DNA from: Raillietiella orientalis
Taxonomy: Eukaryota
Direction of reading: 5' to 3'
Length of the DNA: 64,000 nt
NCBI GenBank assembly: GCA_036172245.1
Contig: JAYWIR010000016.1
Coordinates: 2,170,001-2,234,000 of the forward strand
Shown piece by piece: positions 1-13,179 of the stretch (position 1 is its first letter; every line of letters starts with the position of its first letter). A program made the translations under genes and the position numbers. The notes beneath the pieces were generated by a model that was not told where the DNA came from, made no database searches, and was given only the letters and a program-made list of their open reading frames with translations.

Positions 1-870
1 CCTCTTCATTGAGGCAGATAGAGTTTTCTGGGTCGCACATTGCCCTTAAGGGATTAAGAGGATAAGTTGTCCTACTTCAATTCCGCATCTTATAGGGAGA
101 TCCTTGATTACTGATCGGCATTTGGACCAGAAGGCTCGTGGGTCTCCACGGAGCTTATTTAGGGGAGATTTTCTAAAGCCATTTAAGTAGTCTGTTCATG
201 GGAATGGGATTTCCTAGAGACTACCTCAAGGAGAGAGCACCAGGCTACGTTTGAAACGTTGATGCAAGGACTGGTTAATAATTTGAAAGCAGAACCGATT
301 GCCATAGTTGCCGACTCTTCGACTAGAGACATTGCTGCAAGGCATCCATCTTTGGTTCTTTAGTAAAGGTATTCACGTGATGAGCCTTGAGTAAGGGAAG
401 TATCGTTTGTTTCAGTTTATATTTCCTAAGTTTATTCATTTGTGCCCAGGTAGATAAGGGTTTATTTTCCACCCTTAAGTCATGACGAGAGAGGGAATAC
501 GGAAGCAATTAATGGCATCAAGTTTTTGTTGCGGTACTCGTTGAGCCACATATTGTGATCAGCTTCTGTTCGAATTCCTGAGTGCAGCCATAGCAGAGGA
601 AAGAAGGAAACCCTATTAGTATTTCCAGGCATTTGTATGTGTCCTGGGTCTCCAGCGCGGGGATCTGTTCACCATCGATGAAAATGGGGTTGCAACCACT
701 TGCGAAGGAGAGACAGTGTAGCAATAGGATGCACGTCTTTGGGGGTTCCAAGCATGCCCTTTTACCATATTAGTGGTAAAAGAGACGGCATCTTGTAGTT
801 CCTCTACAGGTGGGGCGATGATAGCAAGATCGTCAGCGCACGCTATTGGACGAACCCAATTAGAGCAATC
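1..870 (-). mobile_element. Degenerate non-LTR retrotransposon (LINE) reverse-transcriptase remnant, probably restriction-like-endonuclease clade (R2/NeSL/Utopia-like); 5'-truncated, continues off the left edge
   Basis: Minus strand near 860-780 reads VRPIACADDLAIIAPPVEELQDAVSL (YADD catalytic motif mutated to CADD). After a frameshift it continues EPPKTC...IFIDGEQIPALETQDTYKCLE (NPxKC and YKYLG remnants), then AFKLLTSPCINVSNVAWCSLLEVVSRK near 290-210. Multiple stops and frameshifts. Confidence 0.75.
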
Positions 871-2367
871 CTTTCTTACACCTGAGGCAAAGAATATTGA
901 TTGTCTGTAGCTTTCCGAGCTGAGTATGGAATTCCATCCATTCCAAGGGTGAAGTCCAAAGTTGAGTTTAACATTCTAACTCTCAACAAACACGCACTCG
1001 GAATTTTGAATTTACCACAGGAGAATGTAAGAGTGTAATGGGTAGAGTCACACTGAATTAGACACACGCAAGCTTCAAATTGATGAAATTTTTATTACAA
1101 TTTTCATTACATTTAACACATCGATGTTACCTTTCGGAGGCTTCCTGGTGAAATGAGGCAAATCTGCAATCTGTGTGAATTGACCACTGATGGCATCGCT
1201 CAAGAACACACACACGTTGCAATGCCAGCATGTCCTTTCTTCATTTCGGTAATCTCGAATGCACTGGACCGGTGATGCTCGACCTTCCTTCCTTCTCGGG
1301 CCACATACATTGGTTTGCAACATTACGCAGGCCGTATACAGTAGCTTATGTATTGTAATATAATCATGTTAAAAAAATAAAACTCAAAATCTAAACGAAA
1401 CCGAGCGTTCACTTAAAAATTAGTATTTGGTGTTGAGGCTTTTTGATAAATCAGATTGATAACTGCTACTCTTGATAGATCATCACGGTGAGAATCAGTA
1501 AGCCGATTCCTACATGTGTCGGGCCGCACACAGAGGGTCGGCAGGCCGTGGATTGAGTATCTCTGCATCATTGTCTCTGACAATCTCAATGGGGTTTCCC
1601 ATTTGACTGGTAGATTATGGCTACCGTGATTGTTTTGTAGGTTTGGCAGGCATTTAAAAATCGAATCCCATTCCTTGTGTCCTTCATTATAAAAATTTTG
1701 CAGTTTTAATTTTTTTAAAATGGTCAATCTCGATGAAAAAAAATTACAATTCAACAGCATTAAAGACCCAGTGTTAAAACGTGGTGTATTAAAACTCCAT
1801 TGAAATCCACCCGTCTTTCCAATTGCAAATTCATTTGCATTTACATAATCTAACTCATTTACAATGCTCAGAATAATATTTGGGCAAGTTATGCCACTTA
1901 CATTAATTGGCCCAGAAACACTTGCATGAAAGCTTTATTTATCATGGGAAACTTTGGATGCATGCTTTGTGGAAAAGTATGGTATCTGCTTAAAATATGT
2001 AAGTGGGACTCGAGTGCTAAATAGCTGAAATCAGTAGTTTGGAAGTAAACAAATGAAAAAATACAATTTTTTTGCTTTCATTGATTCAGCTGTCAAAATT
2101 ACAAATGATCTGTTAATAAAAGAACGTATGAAAAACTATGGAAACAAGAAACAGGAACTTACACCATGAAGGTGAACATGTGATGGGGAGTATACCCTAG
2201 ATATTCCTGCATGAAAAAAAATGTTAACCACAAAATCATTTCCCAATCATGATGGTCATAAATCAACTTGGTAAGAACGCAAAAAAAAAAAAAAAAAATT
2301 GTAAGTTTTCCTGATAAATCAGACTTCACTTTAATGGGTTTTATAAGAAGTTAATGCAAGCAGTTCA

Positions 2368-3679
2368 TTAAATAATATGAGTTTTACAGCATTCTGACTC
2401 ACTGCAGAAAGGATGATAATGAAATGCCTTGAGCAATTCAAAATGTTTTTCCAAACTTGGTGAATCATTCAAATAATGTACTTGATGCTGGAAATGGAAT
2501 GCATTTTTCTGTAGGCTTTCACTAAATATGTTTTCCTCTCTAGCAATCCATGGCCGTCTACTGTCACAGATTTGATATGGTGTTACATGAACTTGAATGT
2601 GCACCTCTCAAAATGAAAAAAACAATAACATAAATACGAAAATTTGGTTTCCTTACTCAATGACGCCAAAGTATCTAACAAACTACTGCTAGTAGGCCAT
2701 GTATCACTGTTTCCTGCATGTCCACCATCCAACCAATATAAGGAATGAATTTGTTGCATAAAAGCAAGTAGTTTATCATTATCCTTTGGTAATGTGTGAG
2801 CATAATGAAATTCTCGAACAAACTGATTTAAAACTACACAACCTTTGCTGAAACCAATTATATGCAATGCTGCTTCTGAGATATCAGGCACACCAACTTT
2901 CTGGAGATTCTGATCTTTTAGTTTTTTGCTCAAATTATACAGGAGTCTTTGTAAATGATAAAGGCTATTGTACATGGCAACATGCTGAGGTATCCCAAAA
3001 CTACTTGTAGGCACAAAGTTATCGTAACAGCTGAATGTTTGAGCTTCCATCCTGACTTAAGTATATTCAAATTAAAACATATATGAATCTGTAAAATACA
3101 ACCTTATAGCCTTTACTATGACGATGTAGCATGCACAAAAGCAGTCTCTCAACAACACAGAAATATTTTCTAAATTCCACTCTAAGTATTTTGGATTATT
3201 GGATTCCATCTGTTCAGGATAATCCTAAAACGCATGCTTTGTTTGGTTACTACCATCTTGGGCTAAATAAAATAGAACAAATGGTTACGCTGATTACAAT
3301 CGGGGTTCGTAAATGAAAAAACTTAAGAAACGACCACAGAAAAATTCTATACGCAATTTGTTTTCAAGCACGATTATTATATGTACTTGAAATTCATTTT
3401 AACCTGTATGTCACCTCCAAAAAATACAACCACTTGGGCAGTTTGCGTAGCACTGACACTTGGAGCATCTGTGAGGTTTTGCAAACGTCCACGATCACAG
3501 GAATATTTAGGAAAGCAAAATATAATATCATTACTTCTGTTTTCATAACCCTTCACCATTTCAAATCGAATCGCTGCAGGATTTTCCTTTATGCTTGCTT
3601 CAGTAGTCATAATCCTTTGCATCAGTTTTTTCCCTTGGAAGAATGCATTTTCGAACGATTTTCGAACGAAGTAGCACAT
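2368..3679 (-). CDS. C2orf69: C2orf69 / UPF0565 family protein homolog (mitochondrial, alpha/beta-hydrolase-like); 4 coding exons: 3679-3404, 3224-3103, 3051-2657, 2606-2368
   Basis: Spliced translation has VFFGGDIQ/DYPEQM...WNLEN, FSCYDNFV, IIGFSKGCVVLNQ, YWLDGGHAG..DTW, HVTPYQI.D..R.WI..E and PSLEKHF, matching motifs I recall for human C2orf69. GT-AG junctions keep the frame. The ATG at 3679 is inferred. Confidence 0.9.
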
Positions 3680-4190
3680 AACCAACCAAAACAATGTTGG
3701 GATAACGCTAACTTTGCGCACAATTATTGCATAGTGTCATAGAAAGAATAGAAATACTTCACTATTATCAAGTAAATCACTCCTAATTTTCATGCAGTCA
3801 CATGTGAGAACCGCACATATTCAAGGAGACAATCACCTGCCATGTTAAGTACTGCCAGCAGCCTCCACCCTAATTGGAAATTCATTATTGCAAGTACCAA
3901 ATACCAGTGAAGGATAATAAAATAGAAATAATAAACTACCTCAACATATAACGAAGTTGATACTTATTGGTGGTTGTAAAAATTTCAATCTCGTAATGAT
4001 AGTCAACTGTAGCTGAAGCCATGAATATTGAACTGAACTGTAGCTGCAATTAATGTATGCAGAAGGAAATGTAGAATTCTGTATTTTAATAACAATAAGA
4101 ACTGTTCTTTGATACAGTAACATTGGCTAACATTACTGGAGTCCTTGAATAACCTAATGAACTGAGATTGTCCATGTGCATAATATGACA

Positions 4191-4193
<3 letters not shown>

Positions 4194-4262
<69 letters not shown>
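4194..4262. repeat. (TA)n microsatellite, about 34 units
   Basis: Uninterrupted TA run read directly. Confidence 0.97.
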
Positions 4263-4268
<6 letters not shown>

Positions 4269-5960
4269 CTTTTACAAACGACTGTTTCGAAGCCGGTAGA
4301 TTTCCTGAATGAGTTTGTTTTTTTTAATGAACATTTAATCTAGCAGAGACTTATTTTCCTTAGAGAATTTTCTGAACTTAACTGGAGGCAGAAACGTGCT
4401 GTATGACAACGAGGAGGATTAATTTTTTGAATTCTCTTTGTGATTTCTGACTCTGATTTTAAGTTAAACTGAAAGGATGTCAGGAGTGACTAGTAATGGA
4501 AATCAAATTCTATTATAACATGCTCACTGATAGCACAAGGGTATTTCCGCCTTGGAGATTCATTTGAATAACCAAGAAAATTAAATAGGCATTAAATCTT
4601 GTTCCGTCGAAATATTGTCGTTCCATTAAAAAAAAAAAAAAAACATCGTGGCATCACAATATCCATCTGCTCATATTGTGAACATTCATATATTTCAATA
4701 TTGGCGGTGGACTTTTCTGCACCTGTGATATGAGCACAGAAATGAATTAATGACTCTAGCCTGCGCCTGTTTTTCTGACGATTTGTTTTCATCACAAAGG
4801 ATAGTGAATGCGAGGCTCCAGCATTTTTTACAGATACTACAGAAGCAGAAACTCCTATTCAGTGCATGGTAAGCAGACAGGAGGTCCAACGTAAGTAAAC
4901 ATACTTTAGGAGTAAATTTACTCAAGGTTTCTAGTTTCTAAGATAGGCAGCAGAATCTCGAGCTTGGAAGAAAAGAAAAACTTTCCTTAGGTCCATAAAG
5001 TTTGGAAAGAATTCATCGAAAGATCTGATTTTCCAACATGGAAATATGTATCACCACAAATTCCAAGGCAAGAAACATTCAACATGAAAATTCTTGTGGA
5101 AACTTTATCACTTCCACCATCTCTTGCTTATGCAAGGAAGGTGTCCCTTAACAAAGAAAATTCATCCTTTTTTCCAAATTTCTTCAAAGACTATCTCACA
5201 CTGTGTAACTCGAATTCGATGAAAGTTGATGCTATCTGGTTGCTTGGTACTCCACAGCATCTGAGATGTCAAGGTCTGTAAGGAACAGGAGTCATTTTTA
5301 ATTTCTTTTCTGTGTTTGGATAAGATGAACGTGAAAAAACACTGGGTTACATGACACACAACTGATAATGCAATGAAAGGTGCTTCCTTTGAAATACCAT
5401 TATTACCATTATTCTTAAAGGGTTCTCCTGAATCATAAATTAACAAGTAATAGGCAAGGTTGCGCAAAGGCTAATGTTCAAATAAAAAAAAAAACAGCTG
5501 TTAGACTGACGAGAGGTAACGTGGTTATTTATAAAGATGGCAGAATCCTTAGAGCCAATTTTTTGCAAAAACATTTTACGTTTCATCTCCGGAACAAACG
5601 GATAACAAATCATTACTCTTTTCAAACATGTTAAGGAAATGATAGGTACAGACGATATGTGAGGTTTAATCTTTTGTAATTAATGATTGGCAACATAAAA
5701 TGACTTTTTTGAAAACGTGTTTAAGAAACACAAAGCCATTCATTCTCCAAAGAGAAGTGCTGCGTCATATCCAATGGCGAACTTAAAAAATAATCCTTAG
5801 CTCCTCAAAAACATTTCATTCAATGGAATTGAATTTCTCTGACATATCTTCTCACATGCATACACACAAATATATATTCATACATACACATATATACGTA
5901 TTTCGTTTTTACACATTTTCGCAAACAAGACTTTTCCCATGCCCACAGCTTTACCAGAGC

Positions 5961-8180
5961 GAATGCCGATGTCTCCCATTCGAGGTCTCCACACCCTCAA
6001 TCTCAACCAATTTACTTCCGCTTTCTGAAGAGTGGTATACGAATGCTCGAATGAACGCTCCCCACTCCCCAACTATTCGGTTCGTTGTCCTATTCGAGTC
6101 GTCGGTGCCAGAGATGGGCTCAAAGAACACTGACCGCAAGATGGCAAAACAAAAACTGTTTTTTTCTTAAGCGACATTAAGGTTCGTAAACATGAAACAG
6201 CAACCACAGCAAATCACGTTGGAACTAGGAGCACGACCCCGGCAGTTGGTTGCGTCACCCTTGTTTCTCAATCGGGTCCAACTTTCCTTCTTTGCATTTT
6301 GTCATTCGCAGCTTCTTTTTCTCGAGCACACTCAACGTATCCTTCATATCTCCTATAAAAACTTTACCTTTTCTTCCTAGCCGCAAACGGATCGAAGGAA
6401 GCGCATTTCATTTCATTTTGTTTTTTCGCACATCTCTGTGCACGTTTATGGCATTCGTCATTCTCCCGCGTGACGCCTAAGCGCATAACGCATCCCAGCG
6501 ACATCCCAGGTATCCGTTCTTAATCACTGCTGGTCCCTGCATGTCTTCCCGCTCGTGCGAGCTTCTTCACGTCGGCACGGACTTTCAATGAGCAACGCGG
6601 AGGTGTCTGTGAAGATCTCCACCCTTGACATCTCACCATGTCACTTGCGAGAAGGCGATCCTCGCCGGCGTGTTCTTCCCGCCTGCAGGCAAGTCCTTCT
6701 GTCAAACCATTTGGCTTTCCTGTTCGGAGACACGCATTCCCCGTTAGCAGCAGCGGATGGCCTCCGGTCCGAAGTGTAAATTGGTACGCGCGAGCTGGAG
6801 CAGCCACTGCGGCTCACACCGAGGGGGTGGAGCAGGAAACAAGTGGCGTGCCACCCTGATTGCATCCAGCACCACGAGCCCTTGTTCCCCGATTCTTCTC
6901 GGGGCTTTCGACATCCCTTGCCGCATTAAGCGCCAGAGGACGGAGGACGTCGGTTGCCTCGAGTCCTTGCCATCCACCTTCGCACAAACACACGTTTCCT
7001 TTGAAAGGCGCTCCGAATCACCTCACCCTACTCTGAAGATTCAGTTCTGCCGAATGGGCAGCGACATTCACAAGAAACGATAAATAAGGCGGACGATCGT
7101 TCCGCCCGATTTCGGGGGACCTTTCCAATCTGCGCACGACTCGACTTTCGTCTTCCTTGAGCTCCTGGAAAGGAGCTTCACCCTTCCCGAGCACCACCTA
7201 ACATGGAAACAGCACACAAGAGGCGCATAATCTGCCCATAATTTAACCGGCAATGGCTTCAACCGACAGCAGTCAAGGCATTCCTGTTGAAACATCCTGA
7301 TGCATGATCCGACGCGGAACCTTCTGGATTTAGACCCCATTCCCCCCTAAACGTCAATTTCGCTTGCAGCAGCCCCTCCAGACGGTCGCTTCTCCCACCC
7401 ATCGATGCGATCCGATGCACATCCGTCCGTACACGCGCGAGCTCTTCGCATCGCCAGTTCGGTTGTGGGGAAGCGTGGTTCCACTTTCCCGCCACTTGGA
7501 ACGAATGCAAACGAGTCCTCAAAACTGCTGCCCTCCTTGTCCACCGGGCTCGGAAGCACCCAGAAGGGGGCCGCGTCCATGTACCCGTTGTCTGGTGGTG
7601 GACAGAAGTAGACTTTCGCTCTCTTCGCGTTCGTTTGCACGCGAGTCCGTTCAGGGAGGTTGGGTCCCGTGCGACCAAACCAGCACTTCGGCCCTGACCA
7701 CGCTCGAGCTCCCCGCTCGCGGCTTCCCTTCGAAACTGCCCGTCCGCGCGTGGTTGCAGGTGCTCGGCAAAAGAACAGTTCAGCCACCGCGTAGCTCTCT
7801 TGCGTGCACGGTGCTGTTACCATCTTCCAGCCGCAGTTCTGCCCTTCCCGGAGTTGGTTTCCATCTGCACGCACGCACTTGCCCCCATGCCGAACTCCGA
7901 CCTTTGGAGCTGTTCGCGTTGCACGCTGACCGTGCCGCCCTTCCTTCCGGCAGGAAAACTTGGGTAGCCGTGGCGGAAGGAAACTGCGGTGCTCATCGCA
8001 CGAATGTGTTCCCCTGCCACCAGCAGCACTGGACGTCTTGGATCGGTGACGTGGATGACGATATGCCAGAAGAAGACCTCAAACGAAAGGTCCGCGAATT
8101 GAAATGCACTTCTTGCACATCCGCTTGAACGTCCCCCCCCCCCGTCTTCCTCCTCCCCCCAAATATCCTGAGCCATGGCA
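5961..8180 (+). repeat. 2.2-kb direct repeat, copy 1 (copy 2 at 19731-21953)
   Basis: Line-by-line identity at offset 13770. By eye about 5 substitutions (5968, 6808, 7287, 7329, 7341) plus a 3-nt indel at a poly-C tract. The ORF track is duplicated. Confidence 0.97.
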
Positions 8181-9760
8181 AATCACTACGATAGGAAGTA
8201 GTTGTACAACGAGAGGCCATTTACGGTAAATGTTTTTTATTATTATCTGCTTGGAAACATCGTTTTTTGAGATTGGGAGTCTTACAAGATTTTTGTATTA
8301 CCAGAAGTAATTCATTTGGATTTTACCTTGGAATGTGCGGGGCGGTACATTTTTGTCCAGGAGCTTCGTAATGAGGAGTTGAATTCCATTTTAAAAAACG
8401 TATCGCAGGCTGTGCATGAATCCTCTGCAGCTCTCAATGCCTGCCTGTGTCTGGCATGTACTACGCACTACGTGATCTCATATCTTTAATGTCGTATCGC
8501 TCTCGCTGGCTGATCAACGAGCAGTACCCCCTTCTCTTCCACCCCCCTCCCCTTCTTCCCCGAGTTGGAGCGCTGATGATAGAGCATATTGGAAAGTCCT
8601 GTTCGCACATTTCTTCTCAGTTGTGGTCCAAACTGAAGGCAAACAAGGAAGAAATCGACACAGCGGGGTTGCCTACAACAGCCATGATGTCAGCCTGGAC
8701 CAGTGAGTGACCACAGCAGTCGTGGAGTCAAGACGTAGGTATCCTGCGCCACGAGGACAGCTCCCATGTCGAGATCCGCTGCGTCCCTCTAGAGCATCAC
8801 AAACGAATTGACTTGGATGAAGACATACGCAGGGTTGACGACAGCTCGTTGAAAGCTTGGACTTGAAAACACGCGCTCTTCGTTCGATGGTCTGCTCCTT
8901 TGACGAAAAAAGAAGCACGTACTTTGAGGACCTGATGGCCACCTCTTTGAGTCCGATTCGACGATCGACGATCGTTGTCAGGTACCCACGGCACACATCA
9001 CGAATTGTGTAGGGTGAGCCATCTAAAAACGGCGCTCCTCACTTCCGGCTTCGAGGCGGGACGTCAGCGTGCACTACCAGCTCGGCGTCATCCGGCGGCA
9101 CAATCCAAAAATTGCAGTTGAGAGCGGCCGTCCTCAGGTCTGCCTTTGAAGAGAACGTGGTTAGAGACTTCCGCCGGGCCAGCCTTCCAGAGGCCGACCT
9201 CGTGTGTAATTATGGCCCGAGAGTGCGTTCGGCCTGCGAATTCCTTCTTGAACCTCTTTCCGAAGCCGTGGTTGTCCTCGTGCGCGTACCTGTGCGCGTG
9301 GCGAAGAAAGAAGAAATCGATTTCAGACGGCTTCAGGCGCATCGTTCTCATTCAGGGTTGCCTGTCGGCTGGGCTTCCGGCTTCCGCCCGTCGGTGCCGA
9401 ACCGCTTGCTCTGACTGCGACACTGAGGAGGAAGGTTCGCTCTGTTCCCGTCCATCTCGGCGGAACCCGCTTCCGGAGATCTGCTTTGGAGAAGCTGCAG
9501 AGCGAGGCGAGTTCCGTGAATGCTCCGGAAGAAAAAACTAACTTCTTTAGGAGGCGGAAGAAATCCGAAACTCCCGGGCGCCTGGAAGACGCGCGAGCTG
9601 GCGGATGCCGCCGCACCACGTGCGCAGGCGGTGGGACTTCTTCGGCGGAGCGAACTCCGAGCTGCTGATCCCCGAAGAAATTGTGGTCCCTCCCTTGTGC
9701 AGGAACACTTTGGTGTTTCCGGTTCGCTTGAGGCACGAGGTGCTGCTGTTTTCTTTAGTG

Positions 9761-10132
9761 CAGTCGGCGTCGGTACCTTCTCTCTGGGGGGGCTGCTACG
9801 TTCCCGAACTGTTCCAGGACTGCGGTGGTGGCTTCAGCGAACCGTAGAAGAAGCTGGCCTTCAGCTCTCTTCTGCACCAGGAGGACACCGCCCATGACCT
9901 GCTACCGCGCTTCTTCGCGCTTGGTGGACCATTGGCAGGCGCGGTGATCACGACAAGATGTCGCGTCTAGCCATGGTCACGAGTTGCCGCGTCTTGGGGA
10001 CGCCAGCGCAGTCCTGGACCAGCCGCCAAGGGAGGTCACCCGCGTGGCTGTCGCCTACATGAGGGCAGCTACGAGGTGATACCAGAAGAGGAAGTCAAGG
10101 CGGAGATCGACTTCATCCAGCACCGGTTCTAG
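9761..10132 (+). pseudogene. Possible decayed coding fragment of unknown family
   Basis: GC3-rich codon runs in shifting frames: GCYVPELFQD...EP*KKLAFSSLLHQEDTAHDLLPRFF, then DASAVLDQPPREVTRVAVAYM, then GSYEVIPEEEVKAEIDFIQHRF*. No family recognised. Confidence 0.2.
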
Positions 10133-12660
10133 GAAAAAGAAACGGCCAAAGGCAGTGACCTCAGTCCCTCCCCCTTTTGTTTATTTATTTACTAACCCCT
10201 TCCATCCGTTCCGGACCTCTGGAATGGCCGACCTGCGTTGTCGGCGCGTCCTCTCTTGAAACTTCATTTTGTTTTCCTCCAGGAATCTGCATTTCCGACT
10301 TGTTTGCCCATTTTCCTTGCTTAGTAAGCGTCCCAGCGTGACCGGGGTTACCGATTTCTTTCGGAGGTCGAGGTGACCAAGCCCACAGCATTTCTCGGGG
10401 AAAGCAGGAAGGGTAGCGGGGGGAAGGAAGGGAGGGAAGACGTTTGCTTTATGGGCACACCCACTGCCGAGTCTACGGACTGCTACAGGGGCAGGAATTT
10501 CACCTGCATCGCGTCTCCAGAGCCAGCCGCGGGACCAGAACGTTCATGGGTTGAAAGGGCGAGGCAAGGAGGAAGCGCCCTCCCCAGTCCTCCTCGGAGC
10601 ACCCGGAATGCTCGCGGCCGATCGGGTGTCAGGTTCAGCTGGCGCCGCAGGAGGAGCATGAGGTTCCCGCTTCGAGTTCCGGGTGGGAGGAACGGGTCGC
10701 CGCCATATCCGGGCCTCAAAGAGAGGCGGCGGCGGTGGCCGCCGCGCTGTCGCCTCGCCCCCGTTCCGCGCAATTCGCCTCCGTGAGCGCCCCGCTAACG
10801 AGACATATGAAATGCCTTCGCAAGATCTTCGGCTCCCGGTACTCTCGCGTGGCCCATGCCGTTTTTATTGTGGTTTCGTGAGCTGTTTGGAGCGGCCGTC
10901 TTCGTGGTTACGGGATCCCGCCGTTCGCGCTGCCGGAGCCGTCACGGTAGCCATCGGCTCATCTTGTCATTTCAGTCGATAACCGCAGCAATACTGGAGC
11001 CAACTGCAGCGTTTTCATTTCGGAGAAAGAAGAGGGAGAGGGGGATAGAAAGGGAGGAGGAGTTTCCCTTCCTCCTCCTGACCACAAGGTCGGCGAAGCC
11101 GTCTCTGAGAACTCGTGAGACCGGCGAGGAATCGGCGGCTCTCGTTCCACAGCGCCTTTCCGGAGCAGCGGGCAGCAGTGGAAGTTCCCTCCCGGTCCCT
11201 GCGCGGCGGCAGCACTCGTTCCGGAAAACCACGACCGCTCCCCATCCCACACTACCCCACCTTCCGGGATGCGCGGACGCACCCGTTGTTTCATAGTCCG
11301 CGGCCAAACTGGAGAGAGGGAGCGGCTCCTCCCCAGGGACGAGGGACTCGAGGCGAGTGAAGCGCGCGACCTGGGCCGGGAAAGAGTCCGTAAGGCAGGA
11401 GGTACCACCTGACCGCGCGCCTCGAAGAGGACCACCCTCTTCCCCTGCTCTAAGTCGCGCGCGCACTGAGCGTCTCCTCCCTTGACCGCGGGCCGCCGCT
11501 GGCCGTCGTCGATAAGAAGGAAGGACCTCCCGGAGCAGCGGGTGAATCCCTGTCCCACACACTCTCCTCTTCCCGCCGGAGCGAGCGCCCCGTCCGAAGG
11601 GGGTGGAGGGGCGAAGAGGCGCTGTCGCCGCCTCACATCTGGGCAACATCGAGTCGCCATGGAGTTTCCCCCTTCCCTGGACTCTTTCCTTCCTTGACGA
11701 CGCCTCTTCCCTCCGAAGAATCGCGGGGGAGGGGAGAGGAGAAAGAGAGGGAAGAAGGAACGAAAGCAGGAATAACCGACCGGCCGGCATCTCCCCTCGG
11801 ACCTCCGAGGGCAGACGCTCAGAGATGAAGAGATCTTTGCCCGCCTGGCTCCATGGGGGCGGTCGGAGTCGGCATCTCTGGAAAAACGGGGAAAGGGGAA
11901 GAACGAGCGCTTTACCTCTTCCTGTGCGAAAGGAGGTTCCGGCCGAACGTTCCCAGGAAAGCCAAGGGCTGACCCTCCTCGCATGTCTGCAGTTGGCCCA
12001 CTTCTTTCCCTCTCCCTCCCTCGCGCCGAATGCCCATCATGCCACAACCCCCCATTTTCCTTCGATCCTGTGACCGAGGACGATGCCGGCTTGAGCTGGA
12101 GCCTCAGGGTTCTTCCCCTGAGCGCTGGCCGGGAGCAGATGGCAACTCCAGTCCTCGCGGCGTCTCACGAGGTGCGGAGGCGCTAGCACCCCTGACAGCG
12201 TGAGCTGAAACGAAAGCGGAAGTAAAGTCCGGCCACAATTGCCCGAGAGACCTTGCGCGTTCTCGAAGGCAGGTCAGAGGTCAACGGACGCCGATTCAGA
12301 AGGAGATCCTAGGGCAGGTCCTCCTGGGACACCACTTGCCCAGAAGCTCCCCCGGGATACGCGCCTCCTGACGAGCAGGCAAGGCCGCCTCACCGGAGAA
12401 GCGGGAAAGGAGAGGGGAAGAGCAGGTGACTCACCGCTCACCTCTCCGGAAAAGGTCAGCGGATGGTCCGGAGCATGGCTGGCTGGAGGCGGCTACAAGG
12501 AGTGGCACACGCAGGGATGGGGCAACCTCTTCGAGAAGAGGGGCCGCGCCCGCCATCCTGCGACGGTTCCTCCGTGTCAGATCTGGAGTCCTCCCCTACC
12601 CGGAGACAAGGGTTCTGCATGGAGTCTGTATTGCCGAGGGGGGCCAGGGGTGTCAGGGGG

Positions 12661-13179
12661 TCAGAGCATGAGCACGGGAGACGGAGCCGCCGCGCCGTCT
12701 CCGCGGCAACCCTCCGAGCATCGTCGGGGGCAGCGGGACTTCTTCTCGCAGAGGGCGGCCAGCCTGGGCGGCCGGCAGACCTGGTAGACCAGCACGGCAA
12801 GGCCGAGCAACGTCGCCAGCAGCCCCGGGCCGAGGAGGAGGTACCGCTCGAAGGGCAGCAGGTCGCTCTTTGTGGCTCCCGGGATGGTGATCACCAGACC
12901 GAGGAGGAAGACAAGGGCGCCAGCCTGCTTCGTGGAAATGCGGAGCTCCGACCCTCCCTGAGGGCCTGCCGACCTCCGCCGGCCCTCTGCCGACAGGCGG
13001 TCGGCCGAGCTGCACTCTGACGCCCGCTTGCCGCTCCCCGCGCTCCCGGCTGGCGAGGACGACCGCGCGGCAGCGGCGGCCACCACCAGCTTCATCGGAA
13101 AGGCGCGCACCTTCCCGGACGCCGCCAGCTTCTCCCTCTCCCGGCGGATGGCCGCGGCTGACAGGGCGGCTCCGGTTAT
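12661..13179 (-). CDS. Terminal coding exon of uncharacterised two-transmembrane protein (paralog A)
   Basis: Strong acceptor (long pyrimidine tract ...ctttctctcttgcag|) at 13180, phase 0. Reads ITGAALSAAAIRREREK...AGALVFLLGLVITIPG (TM1)...YLLLGPGLLATLLGLAVLVYQVC (TM2), Cys/basic tail, TGA at 12663-12661. Similar to the ORF at 17123-17845. Confidence 0.7.
   Translation of the reverse strand: MTGAALSAAAIRREREKLAASGKVRAFPMKLVVAAAAARSSSPAGSAGSGKRASECSSADRLSAEGRRRSAGPQGGSELRISTKQAGALVFLLGLVITIPGATKSDLLPFERYLLLGPGLLATLLGLAVLVYQVCRPPRLAALCEKKSRCPRRCSEGCRGDGAAAPSPVLML

Noticed and set aside
1230..1340. USP Cys-box-like YGLRNVANQC on the minus strand
   Set aside because: The frame closes within about 25 codons and no other deubiquitinase motifs are nearby.
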